A stretch of DNA of 62,459 nt, counting the filler, from Acidimicrobiia bacterium (GTDB taxonomy: Bacteria; Actinomycetota; Acidimicrobiia; Spongiisociales; CAZKJJ01), in the NCBI GenBank assembly GCA_046759765.1. It is 30 parts of 30 records of this genome, joined end to end, with 100 filler letters (N's around TTAATTAATTAA, not from the genome) between each part and the next. Parts side by side here need not be neighbours in the genome. Positions count along the whole stretch, not along the records: positions 29,715 to 31,823 come from JBHICV010000286.1; positions 31,924 to 34,011 come from JBHICV010000287.1; positions 34,112 to 36,192 come from JBHICV010000288.1; positions 36,293 to 38,335 come from JBHICV010000289.1; positions 38,436 to 40,459 come from JBHICV010000290.1; 25 more parts are not named here. The stretch is one strand, 5' to 3'. The notes under the pieces were generated by a model. The model saw only the letters and a list, made by a program, of their open reading frames with translations. It did not search any database and had not been told where the DNA came from. Both the position numbers and the translations under genes were made by a program. Below, in pieces: positions 29,715 to 39,109 of this stretch; the stretch's first letter is position 1, and every line of letters starts with the position of its first letter.

Positions 29715-29900
29715 CCGCCAACAGCTTGGCTGGTATCGGGACGTCCCTTCGCTTTGGCTCCGCCAGGGCTGGTTCACTGTGCCGGTCTGATCTGGCCGTC
29801 CGCCTCCGCCAACAGCTTGGCTGGTATCGGGACGTCCCTTCGCTTTGGCTCCGCCAGGGCGGGTTCACTGTGCCGGTCTGATCTGGCCGTCCGCCTCCGC
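29715..29900. repeat. 91-bp tandem repeat (2+ copies)
   Basis: Units start at 29715 and 29806, one mismatch. Confidence 0.92.
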
Positions 29901-29989
29901 GAGCCGTGCTAGATAAGGGTTTTGGAGGATCGGCCATCGATCGGCATCACCGTGGCGGACCCTTTCGGGGTGTGCTGGGGCGCGGGAGA

Positions 29990-30364
29990 CCTGAGCGACC
30001 CTTATCCACTCGTGGGCCACGCAGGCTTCATTCGAGACCTGGATGTGAGTAAGGACGGATCATTGATCGCCTCCGGTGGCGCTGATGGCTTCGTTCGAAT
30101 CTGGACAGCAGCACCGCTCAGCTACTACAGGCGATCCCACTGTCAACCCCCCTCACGGACACTGGAGTGACGCTGGTCGAGTTCCTGGACGAGCAGCACG
30201 TATTCGTTATCGCAGGGGAGCGGTCAGCGCGCATCAGCAGCATCGACCCCGCCGAACTCGCAGACGTAGCCCGCTCGAGGGTCACCCGAGGATTCACGGC
30301 AAGGGAATGCACGACCTACGACATCGTCCCCTGCCCGACCCTTGAGGAGATCCGACAAGTCTGA
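29990..30364 (+). pseudogene. WD40 protein C-terminal remnant with frameshift near 30104
   Basis: GHAGFIRDLDVSKDGSLIASGGADGFVRIW, then a frame switch to ..ARSRVTRGFTARECTTY..PCPT. Confidence 0.7.
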
Positions 30365-30434
30365 CCGGTTTAGTAAGGCGCCTGTAAGTGGGGTTTGCCA
30401 GACTTGGGGTTGATTCTTCAGCCTTGGAGTCGGG

Positions 30435-31823
30435 ATGAGTACTGCTGAGGCTGGTGTTCGGGCCTCAGAGTCTCCGGTAGGTGTCCTCTACGACGGGTTC
30501 TTGTCCTATAGCCATGCGGCTGATGATCTGTTGGCTCCGAGACTGCAGGCGGGGTTGCAGCGGTTTGCGAAGCCGTGGTGGAAACGCCGAGCCCTCAGGA
30601 TCTTTCGGGATGACGCTTCGCTGTCGGCTAATCCGCATTTGTGGTCTTCGATCACCGACGCACTCGATGAGTCGGGTTGGTTTGTGTTGTTGTTGTCGCC
30701 TGATGCTGCGGCGTCTGAGTGGGTGAACCGGGAAGTCGAGTACTGGCTCTCCCACAAGGAGGCGTCTCGGATTGTGCCGGTGGTGACCGAGGGGGAGTTC
30801 ACATGGGCGGACCGTGACATCAGCCCTGACACGACGGCTGCTCCGCCTGCTCTCTATGGGGCGTTTTCTGAGGAGCCCCGCTGGGTGGATCTGCGCTGGG
30901 CCCGCACTGACACCGACCTCGATCTGCGAAACACCCAGTTCAGAGCTGCGGTGGCCGATATCGCTTCGGCTATCCGGGGGGTGCCCAAGGACGAATTGGC
31001 ATCCGAGGAGGTCAAGCAGCACCGGCGCACGATCCGCATGGCCTGGGCTGCTGGAATCTCAGTCGCGACGCTGGCTCTCCCGGCCGTGGTTGCCGCCGTC
31101 TACGCCGTCGGAAAGGGGAACGAGGCCGAGGCGCAGGCTCGGATCTCCCTGTCGAGGGAGCTGGCCGCCTCTGCTATCAGTCAGCTCGACCGAGATTCCG
31201 AGCTGAGCCTTCTACTGGCCCTGCAGGCCGCAGAAGTATCCCGGGCCGTCGACGGACGCGTGCTGCGTGAGGCGGAGGAGGCGCTGCATGCCGCACTGCA
31301 GCGGTTCCGGCTCGAGCTGACGCTGCCCGAGACAGGTCGGGGCGAGTTCACAGCTGATGGTCGGTCCTTTGTTGCGGCCGACCCGATCTCCTATGGCGAT
31401 TATGTGGGGACGGGAAGCACTTCGGGCCGGCATCGCTTCGCTCGTGAGATGGACGGGGAGGTGGTGCTGTGGGATGGCGAGAGCGGAGAACGGATCGCCG
31501 GCTGGCCCGCCGATGCTCGGGGCGTCGTCGATCTGGCGCTCAGTCCTGACGGCGCGCTGCTGGCGACCACCGGCGACGACGGGGTCAAAGTCTGGGACAT
31601 GGCTGCTCGAACCGAGAAATACCCTCCTCTTTCGCTTCTGGGGCCGATCACGCCGGTTTTTAGCCCCGATGGGAGGTACCTGGCGGCAACCAGCATCCTG
31701 GGCCGGGTGAATGTATGGGACGTTGCCACCGGCGACACAGTTCAATCAATTCCGCACCCGGGTCTCAGACCTGCAGTTCGTGCTGCGATACAAGGCATCG
31801 CCTTCAGCTCCGATGGCTCCGTC
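30435..31823 (+). CDS. TIR domain - TM - WD40 repeat protein (3' truncated)
   Basis: YDGFLSYSH, IFRD, SEWVNRE (catalytic Glu position), TM helix, SPDG..VWD repeats. Confidence 0.88.
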
Positions 31824-32164
31824 NNNNNNNNNNNNNNNNNNNNNNNNNNNNNNNNNNNNNNNNNNNNTTAATTAATTAANNNNNNNNNNNNNNNNNNNNN
31901 NNNNNNNNNNNNNNNNNNNNNNNCCGCCTGTACTCGGATCCAGCAACATACGTCAACACGTCAGAGCTATGGGAGATCCATGTGGGCGCTTGGGCATCGA
32001 ATAAACGTGCCGAGGCCGAAGGCTCGTTCCGTGGCACCTAAGACTGTGGTATCTCCGACTGGGTAGAACACAGCCACCCAGCCGAGAACATCGAATACGG
32101 CAACCTCTAGGCGACATCTACCGCATTGGAGGGATGCGGGCAGCCTGCCCTTCGCCTACTTCAG

Positions 32165-32192
32165 GTAGCGCATATGTGCCGATATGGGCGGG
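32165..32192 (-). repeat. dif-like 28-bp site
   Basis: + strand GTAGCGCATAT-GTGCCG-ATATGGGCGGG. Confidence 0.9.
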
Positions 32193-32284
32193 TCGACCTT
32201 CGCCGAAAGGTTGTGTCGGCATTGGGGAGGGAACCGTGGCGTTTGGTGTGTGCGTCCAACCAGAGACATCAGCGGGAGGTTGAC

Positions 32285-32653
32285 ATGAGCGTCCTACGCA
32301 TCTCGGTGGCCCTGGCCCTTGTAGCCATGTTGGCAGCGGGATGCTCGGAAGCATCGCAACAGACCGAGGTAAGAGCAGTGGTTGCGCAACACTTCTCCCA
32401 TGAAGGCCTAGAGACGGGCGACCCGGTCCCTGGTGCCACCCTGCGCCTCTACCAAGGCGACACCGTCGTAATGGAAACCGTTCTCGATGAAGCAGGGACA
32501 GCCCTGATCGGCCCGGACCCGGGCTCGTACGACGTGCAGATCTCGCTCGACAGCACAGACCCGGAGTGCCTCTGGGGCGAAACCGTGTTCGGCGTTGCGT
32601 TCCCCTCATCGCCGCTCACTCTCGAGGTCTCACACATCTGCGCAGGCCAATAG
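32285..32653 (+). CDS. Lipoprotein (cassette-like gene)
   Basis: GGAGG RBS, lipobox LAAGC, prealbumin-like beta fold pattern (PVPGA..PGSY). Confidence 0.8.
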   Translation: MSVLRISVALALVAMLAAGCSEASQQTEVRAVVAQHFSHEGLETGDPVPGATLRLYQGDTVVMETVLDEAGTALIGPDPGSYDVQISLDSTDPECLWGETVFGVAFPSSPLTLEVSHICAGQ

Positions 32654-32665
32654 CCTCTTCCCCAC

Positions 32666-32694
32666 CCCACCCATATGTGGCCGATATGGCCGGT
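32666..32694 (-). repeat. Degenerate partner dif-like site
   Basis: CCCACCCATAT-GTGGCCG-ATATGGCCGGT. Confidence 0.7.
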
Positions 32695-32710
32695 CCCGAA
32701 GGCCCTACAG

Positions 32711-32738
32711 ATAACACATATGTGCCGATATGGGCGGG
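32711..32738 (-). repeat. dif-like 28-bp site
   Basis: ATAACACATAT-GTGCCG-ATATGGGCGGG. Confidence 0.88.
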
Positions 32739-33226
32739 TGTTTGACAGCCGACCGGCGTGACGTCGGTTGCCCTTGAGAATGTACGGTTCGGGAGCTGCC
32801 AGCAGAAGCGACTCATTGCGGATGCTGTTGCCCTTGAGGAGATGATGTGGCCTCCGATTCAACGAGTGATCCGATCACACACCGCAGCCAATTCGCCGAC
32901 GGTGATCGATTGGTGGCTGCTGTCTCCGCAGAAGGTCGCGGTGCTAGACGATGAGGCGATCGCTTCGATTTGGTTGCATTTCGATCCAGATGCTCTGGGG
33001 AGGAGGGAACGCTCGAACGTCGAATTCTGGGCGCCGTCATCAGACCCTGAACAGATGTTTCGCACTTCATGGAGCGAAGCCTTTGGCGTAACGAGCTCGT
33101 TGCCTCCCAGGCACGGGAGGAGGGCATGCCTGTCATTCATCAATCAGGCGACGAAACCGTCGAGGATCTCGTGGCAGCAGCCCTCCGGACCATCGGCAAC
33201 GAGGGTGCCGACTCCTAGCGGTCGAG

Positions 33227-33254
33227 GTAGCGCATATGTGCCGATATGGGCGGT
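33227..33254 (-). repeat. dif-like 28-bp site
   Basis: GTAGCGCATAT-GTGCCG-ATATGGGCGGT. Confidence 0.9.
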
Positions 33255-33403
33255 TGGTTGTCGAGGAATCTGTGGCTGTAGACGAGCCAGCAGTGGGGCG
33301 TAGAATCAATGGTCACGACGCTCATTTGGGGATGAGCCGTCTTGGGGGCGACCCAACACAGTCGGGTTGCCCCTGTTCTGGGCTCGGTCTCAAGTACGCC
33401 ACT

Positions 33404-33420
33404 GAGCCGATATGGGCGGC
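33404..33420 (-). repeat. dif-like half site
   Basis: GAGCCG-ATATGGGCGGC; the other arm is degenerate. Confidence 0.7.
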
Positions 33421-33498
33421 TGCCTGATGGGAGCCTAACTGCGGAGCTAGTCAGGTTGCCGTCCACAGGATTGTCTCTGGGCAGCTATCGACTCCGGG

Positions 33499-33702
33499 GT
33501 GAGACTGACGTGGATGAGTCTGAGCCGGGGGGCCAGGGTGCGAGACGACGCCGACTCAGGGACCGGCCGGTCCGAGCTGCTACGCGTTTCTCGCTGGCAG
33601 CTCATCAGATGGTGGGTCAGAGTTCAGGCCACCGACTACTTGCTGCTATTCGTCCTCGTAGCTGTCGCAATTCTGCTCGCGATCTACTTCGCCCGCCGTT
33701 AG
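33499..33702 (+). CDS. Small membrane protein (cassette-like gene)
   Basis: C-terminal TM YLLLFVLVAVAILLAIYF followed by ARR. Confidence 0.5.
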   Translation: MRLTWMSLSRGARVRDDADSGTGRSELLRVSRWQLIRWWVRVQATDYLLLFVLVAVAILLAIYFARR

Positions 33703-33776
33703 AGGCTTCGATAGTTGAGACCGTTGGCACACGATTCGTCGGGCCCGTCCGGATGTTCATTCCGCCCCGCCGTTCG

Positions 33777-33804
33777 CTAGCGCATATGTGCCGATATGGG
33801 CGGC
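33777..33804 (-). repeat. dif-like 28-bp site
   Basis: CTAGCGCATAT-GTGCCG-ATATGGGCGGC. Confidence 0.9.
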
Positions 33805-33914
33805 TGCCATGGCATGAATCCTCCGACGTCGGGCATCGCCCAGTCGTCAATTCGGGACATCCGCCTCGCCCTTTCACAAGCGCACGAGGTTGCATGGAAC
33901 TGAAAGGGGACAGT

Positions 33915-34011
33915 GTGGAACCTATCCACGGGATCGTCCTCGTGGACGTCGCAGAAGGGGGCGGGAAGTTCGAGGCCGAGGTGCTCAGAGGTATGGGACA
34001 TCCGGTCGTCG
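33915..34011 (+). CDS. Receiver-like domain protein start (3' truncated)
   Basis: AAGGGGA RBS; IVLVD..EVLRGMGHPV beta-alpha-beta pattern. Confidence 0.4.
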
Positions 34012-34111
34012 NNNNNNNNNNNNNNNNNNNNNNNNNNNNNNNNNNNNNNNNNNNNTTAATTAATTAANNNNNNNNNNNNNNNNNNNNNNNNNNNNNNNNN
34101 NNNNNNNNNNN

Positions 34112-36177
34112 GAACAACACGACAGGTGGTCGCGTTCGATGTCGCCACCGGCGCGGTCCAGTGGACATATCACGACCCGACCACGATCGGCACCTTCAGG
34201 AGAAGGAGGGTCGGCCTGAGCCCTGACGAGGAATTGGTCACGGTCCAGATCTTCGACATCCCTCTTGTTCAAGACGAGTCGGTCGCCGTTGACGCGGAGG
34301 GCAACGACGAGAACCCTGCCCGGATCGTGGTGCTCCGTGCGTCCGACGGTGAGGTGGTGCGAGTCCTTGAGCCTGGCGCTTGTCGGTTTCTCAATGCTTG
34401 GGGCAACGGGTTCTCCCGAGATGGACAATGGTTTGCGGTATTCACCGGTACTGGGGGGTGCTTCGACGATCCCGATGCCGACTGGGTGACGGTGTATGAC
34501 ACCTCAACTTGGGAGGAGGCGTATCGCCTCCAGATCGATGGTGCGTTCGGGGAGGAGGCGGTGTTCTCGGAGGATTCGAGTCGGGTTCTCCTCTACGGAG
34601 GGGGCCGCCCGACCGAGCTGAGGTCGTTTCCGGAAATGGAGTTGATCAACCGTCTTGATGAAAGCGCTATGGCAGCTCTCAGCCCCGACGGCCAGAAGGT
34701 CGTGCAGTCCTTCTCCATCGTGGTCGTGTCGAGGCCGCTGATTGTGGACGCTGAGACCGGCGAACGCATCGGCTTCCTCGAGTCGGTGGACGATTTCCTC
34801 TCGCTCGACCCCCTTTCGTTCTCTCCGGACGGAACAAAGATTGCGGCCACGACCCATGGAGCTGACTTCGTTTTCGACGCGGAGGACGGACGGATGTTGG
34901 CCAAGCTTGGTGAGCGCGGGTTCACTTTCTCGCACTCGTTCACTGAGGATGGGTCGATGCTGCTCACCGCCACGGAAACCGCCCTGCTGTTGTGGGATCT
35001 CGGTGGCGGTCTGGACGAGTTGGGTGTTCCAATAGAGCCAGCGGACGTCGAAGCGGTCTGGATCAATCCCAATCAGGTAGCTGACGGGCCGAACCTTGCT
35101 GTAAGGCTCTTATTTCCCGACGAGAACGGCGAGATACTGGACTCCAGAGTCGTCACCGCTCTGCTCGATCCCGAGACAGGACAGGTCAGAGATCAGGTAT
35201 CCGGTTTTGGCGTGCAGCTGCCGGACGGGCGTTTCTTTGTCTCACGACAGAGAACTGGCCAGGATGGGGAACGGGTTATCGGTCCTGTCGTGATCTGGGA
35301 TCCGGCTTCGGACTCGTTCGTTGAACTCACCGACTGTGCCGCCCCTGAGTCGGCGATCGATCAGATAAGCGAGATCGACTGTCCGGGAGGCGAGCCCTTC
35401 TATGGAGCCAACGACTGGTTCTTCGGGTCTGTCGTAGCGGCCCTCGATGGATCGTTTTTCGCGGCAGAGTCGTACGCGCCAGTGGGCTCAGAGAGGTCTA
35501 TACGGGTATGGGACGGGGAGACCCTCGACGTCCGATCCGAGTTCGAGGTTCCTCGAAGCCAACATGTCACGGCTGCCGGTGCGGGCTGGCTGGGGACCTT
35601 TGACAGCGATCTCTTTGGTTGGCTCACTGTCTATGACGTTGACTCGGGGGCCGTGCTCGCCGAACCTTCAAAGGCGACAGACAGGCCTTTTTGGGTGTAC
35701 GCGGTTGCTCCGGACGGGTCGCTGCTGTACGCCGCGGACTTGGAGGGGAGCGTTTGGGTCTTTGACACCTTCAGCTGGGAGACCGTGGCCACCTGGGAGG
35801 CGCATGACGCGCGACACCGAGGGCTGGCCCTCTCCCCCGAGGGAACCAGACTGGTGACGACGGGGGAGGACGATTTCGTCAAGGTGTGGGACGTCAGTCG
35901 AATAAGAGACCGATCCTCGGTCACAGAACCCCTGCCGCTTCTCGACCGTATCCCCGCACCCTTCCCATCCGACGCAGCCTGGCTATCGGCAGATCGCCTG
36001 GCAGTGTTCCTGGGCAACGACGCCAACTGGCTCGAAGTGTCACTCTCCATCGACGAGTTGGTCACGAGTGCCCGGCAGCGTCTCACCAGAGGCTTCACAG
36101 AAGGCGAATGCGCCAACTACCAGATCGACGATCCCTGCCCAACGACCCTCGAAGCCATCCAATCAGGCAGCGCATAA
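34112..36177 (+). CDS. WD40 beta-propeller protein (5' truncated)
   Basis: Multiple SPDG/FSxDG..W(D) repeats; C-terminal ARQRLTRGFTEGECANY..PCPT. Confidence 0.88.
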
Positions 36178-36192
36178 CGGCACATATGCGCT
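36167..36192 (+). repeat. dif-like site overlapping the WD40 stop codon, cut by contig end
   Basis: GCAGCGCATAA-CGGCAC-ATATGCGCT. Confidence 0.8.
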
Positions 36193-36399
36193 NNNNNNNN
36201 NNNNNNNNNNNNNNNNNNNNNNNNNNNNNNNNNNNNTTAATTAATTAANNNNNNNNNNNNNNNNNNNNNNNNNNNNNNNNNNNNNNNNNNNNAGCGACCT
36301 CGACGAACCGCGAGTCCAACAGGCCGTGCAGGCTTCGAAGGACTACCCTTCGCTAACAGCCCGTCGCGACACCAAAACTCTCAAGATTCCTGGGTTGTA

Positions 36400-36517
36400 G
36401 AAAAGGGGGCATTATGAAACCTATTCGACCGAGCCCAGCGTCATCCGAACGATCTTGCAACATCTCCCAAACCGCCCACCTCAAAACAGGGACCCTCCAC
36501 GCCCGGGGGTATGCTGA
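36400..36517 (+). pseudogene. Possible IS91-like transposase C-terminal remnant
   Basis: TEPSVIRTILQHL..RDPP resembles IS91-type tails; short and degraded. Confidence 0.3.
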
Positions 36518-36633
36518 ATCTTGTGTCTACGGCGGTCAATGGGGAAGTACTCCTTGATGATGTCGTCTTCACCAGAAACTGACTTTCGTGTGTTGACGAA
36601 AGGAACCGGGAGAGATTGTGATATCATAAAGTC

Positions 36634-36939
36634 ATGGCACGTACCGGAAGGCCGCGGGCGCAACATCCTCGCGGGAAGGGGCTGTTCATTCGGTTCTCCG
36701 CGACGGAGTTCGGCTCTCTGCTGCGCGCTCTCGAGGCCGAGCACCCGGTCGCCCAGCGTCGACCCAATCTGTCACAGTGGGCCCGGGAGCTACTGGTGGC
36801 CCACGCCAGCCAGGTGCTGGGTGTCGAGGTGACCCGCTCCGGCTTGAAGCGGCAAAGGGGCGGCGTGGCCGACTGGAAGCGCTGGCGTCTGGCTCGGGCG
36901 GTCCGCAAAGCCGCGAAGCGCCGCCGCCGAATCCGCTGA
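36634..36939 (+). CDS. Basic ribbon-helix-helix-like DNA-binding protein
   Basis: MARTGRPR..FIRFSATE..NLSQWARELL, MobC/RHH-like pattern. Confidence 0.55.
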   Translation: MARTGRPRAQHPRGKGLFIRFSATEFGSLLRALEAEHPVAQRRPNLSQWARELLVAHASQVLGVEVTRSGLKRQRGGVADWKRWRLARAVRKAAKRRRRIR

Positions 36940-37021
36940 ACCGTCGGCAGCGTGAGACCAACGAAAAGCCCCAGGGAGCCGCCCTGGGGCAAGGACCTGT
37001 TTACTTGAAAGGAACCAAGCA

Positions 37022-38248
37022 ATGCCTACAGATCCCAAACCCAACATATCACAAAACGCGGTGGAGTCCGACTCGCTCCAAAACGAAATCGACCGCCTGC
37101 TCAGCTCCGGCCTCGAAAACGTCAGTGTTCGCGAGCTCCTGGGACTGATGCTCTCCGCCATCGGTCAATCCGAACGCCGGGCCTATCTTGCCGAGGCGAC
37201 GGCCGACAAAGGCAATGGAGGCTACGGTCGTTCCTTGAACGTCGGCTCCATCCCGGTCGACATCCGGGTGCCCAGAACTCGCAGCGGCACCTTCCGGCCC
37301 CGCTCGCTCCCCCCACCCTACGCACGCGGATACTCCGAAGAGGTGCAGGCCCTTCTCCTCGGTGTGCTCAGCTCCACACGTTCCATCAACGCCGCCAAAA
37401 CCGCCCTCAGACAGATGGGCCTCGGTGCCTGCTCCGATGAGCTCGACACCGTCGCCTCAGGCCTGGTCGAGGAGCTGGAGCTCGTCAACTCGCGTCCCGT
37501 CGACCCTGACCTGCTCGCTGTCTTCCTCGACGGCAAATACGTCGAGGTCAAAGACGGCGACCGGCTGCGCCCGGCTTGCATCTATCTCGTCGTCGGCCTT
37601 CATCGCGATGGAAAGAAGAGAGTCTTGGGTTGCTTTACCCGATACGGACGAGAAGACCTCCAGGAGTGGAAAGCCGTCCTTCGCTCTCTCATCGAAAGGG
37701 GGCTCCGACGTGTCTTGATCGTCATCCACGACGACTTCTCGGGTTTGCTCGGTGTCACTCGAGGCATGTTCCCCAACTCCGATATCCAACTGTGCACCGT
37801 CCACATGCTCCGAAATGTCAGATCGCATCTCAGCAAGTCCGATGCCTCAGAGTTCATCAGCAGGTTTCGCTCTATCAAATCGGCCTGGAATTCCGATGTC
37901 GCCGCCCAGCAGTTCGAGGAGCTCTGCCAGCGTTTCGAAAAATCCTATTCCTCCTTCGTCAAGGAGTTACGGAAGAAGCGACAACATTACCTCGCTTTTC
38001 TCAACTATCCCGATGGCGTCCGGCGCACCCTGTCCACCACCAACGTCGTCGAGGCCGTCAACGGACAACTCGAGATCCTGCGCCGAAACAGCGGTGGCTA
38101 CTTCCAGTCCGAGGAAATCACCAAACTCAAACTCGGGATCGCCATCACCTCTCTCGAAAACGGTAAGTGGCGCAACGTCGCCGCTAACATGAAAGCCGCA
38201 CTCGACCAGATCAATGCCATGTTCGAGGCGCGGTTCGAATCCGAATGA
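37022..38248 (+). CDS. IS256-family (Mutator) transposase
   Basis: NG..R, RVPRTRSGTF, FLDG, L.ERGL, QLCTVH, STTNVVE. Confidence 0.95.
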   Translation: MPTDPKPNISQNAVESDSLQNEIDRLLSSGLENVSVRELLGLMLSAIGQSERRAYLAEATADKGNGGYGRSLNVGSIPVDIRVPRTRSGTFRPRSLPPPYARGYSEEVQALLLGVLSSTRSINAAKTALRQMGLGACSDELDTVASGLVEELELVNSRPVDPDLLAVFLDGKYVEVKDGDRLRPACIYLVVGLHRDGKKRVLGCFTRYGREDLQEWKAVLRSLIERGLRRVLIVIHDDFSGLLGVTRGMFPNSDIQLCTVHMLRNVRSHLSKSDASEFISRFRSIKSAWNSDVAAQQFEELCQRFEKSYSSFVKELRKKRQHYLAFLNYPDGVRRTLSTTNVVEAVNGQLEILRRNSGGYFQSEEITKLKLGIAITSLENGKWRNVAANMKAALDQINAMFEARFESE

Positions 38249-38435
38249 TTCTCTCAGACACAACATTCTTGACAAGTGCCGCTGTTTTTGTTTCTCGAGT
38301 CGAGAGACGACGAATCGGTCATCGGGACGAGGGCGNNNNNNNNNNNNNNNNNNNNNNNNNNNNNNNNNNNNNNNNNNNNTTAATTAATTAANNNNNNNNN
38401 NNNNNNNNNNNNNNNNNNNNNNNNNNNNNNNNNNN

Positions 38436-38476
38436 AGCCCGTACAAGGTGACTTTGGCCAGCGGAACGATGCTCAT
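38436..38476 (-). CDS. V-type ATPase subunit I N-terminus
   Basis: MSIVPLAKVTLYG overlapping the subunit D stop. Confidence 0.6.
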
Positions 38477-39099
38477 GGCGCTACCCCGGTATTGGCTTCG
38501 CTCGCCACAGGGTGATGCCTCGCCTTGGCGATCTTGGAGCGGACGACCGCCGCCCGCTCTGCGTCCGCGAGAAAGACCTGGATGCGCTTGATATTCTGTT
38601 TGGCCGTCGGAATCAGGACTTTCTCGAACAGGTTTACCCGCTGGGTGGTGCGCCGGACCGCCCGTTCGAGACAGCGCACCCGTTCGGCATAGACCTGGAG
38701 CTGGATTTTCAGCTCGGCCATGCGGCGGAGCTGGTCGACGAGCGCATCGACCCAGTGGGGCTTGGCGAGCATGGAGTAGTCGCGGACCTCGCACACGAGC
38801 TCGGCGAGGACCGGCAGCTTGACACCCACCACGTTTTCCTCGGCGAGACGCACCTCTTTCACGTGCACAAGCCCGGCGACGTCGATCTCCTGATTCGCCA
38901 GCATCGGGAGCATCTTGCCGATTTGGGCCGTCAGCTCAGCCACCTTGGCCTCACGCTCGGCCAGCGCCTGCGTGGCACGGGCCTGTTCGCCGATCAGCTG
39001 CCGCCGCTTGAGGTCGAGCGAGGGGAGGAACCGCTGGTACAGACGGAGCTGGTTGCGTTGTTGACTCATTGCGCTCTTGCTGAGGATGAGTCGCGCCAT
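38473..39099 (-). CDS. V-type ATP synthase subunit D
   Basis: LPSLDLKRRQL, TTQRVNLFEKVLIP. Confidence 0.93.
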   Translation of the reverse strand: MARLILSKSAMSQQRNQLRLYQRFLPSLDLKRRQLIGEQARATQALAEREAKVAELTAQIGKMLPMLANQEIDVAGLVHVKEVRLAEENVVGVKLPVLAELVCEVRDYSMLAKPHWVDALVDQLRRMAELKIQLQVYAERVRCLERAVRRTTQRVNLFEKVLIPTAKQNIKRIQVFLADAERAAVVRSKIAKARHHPVASEANTGVAP

Positions 39100-39109
39100 G
39101 TCGGCCTCA

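Larger units (their letters stand above)
36505..38280 (+). mobile_element. IS256-family element
   Basis: Imperfect IRs GGGGGTATGCTGAATCTTGTGTCT and AGACACAACATTCTTGACAAGTGCC; no TSD seen. Confidence 0.6.

Noticed and set aside
32758..33303. ORF in the second cassette interval
   Set aside because: It has no recognisable motif, runs through the next site, and has competing reverse ORFs, so the coding frame cannot be called.
32165..33804. CRISPR interpretation of the 28-bp direct repeats
   Set aside because: The intervals are about 0.5 kb and contain genes, not 30-40 bp spacers; no cas genes are present.
32165..33804. Classical integron attC sites
   Set aside because: No RYYYAAC..GTTRRRY ends or long bulged hairpin; the sites are short and sequence-conserved, and cargo orientation varies between contigs.
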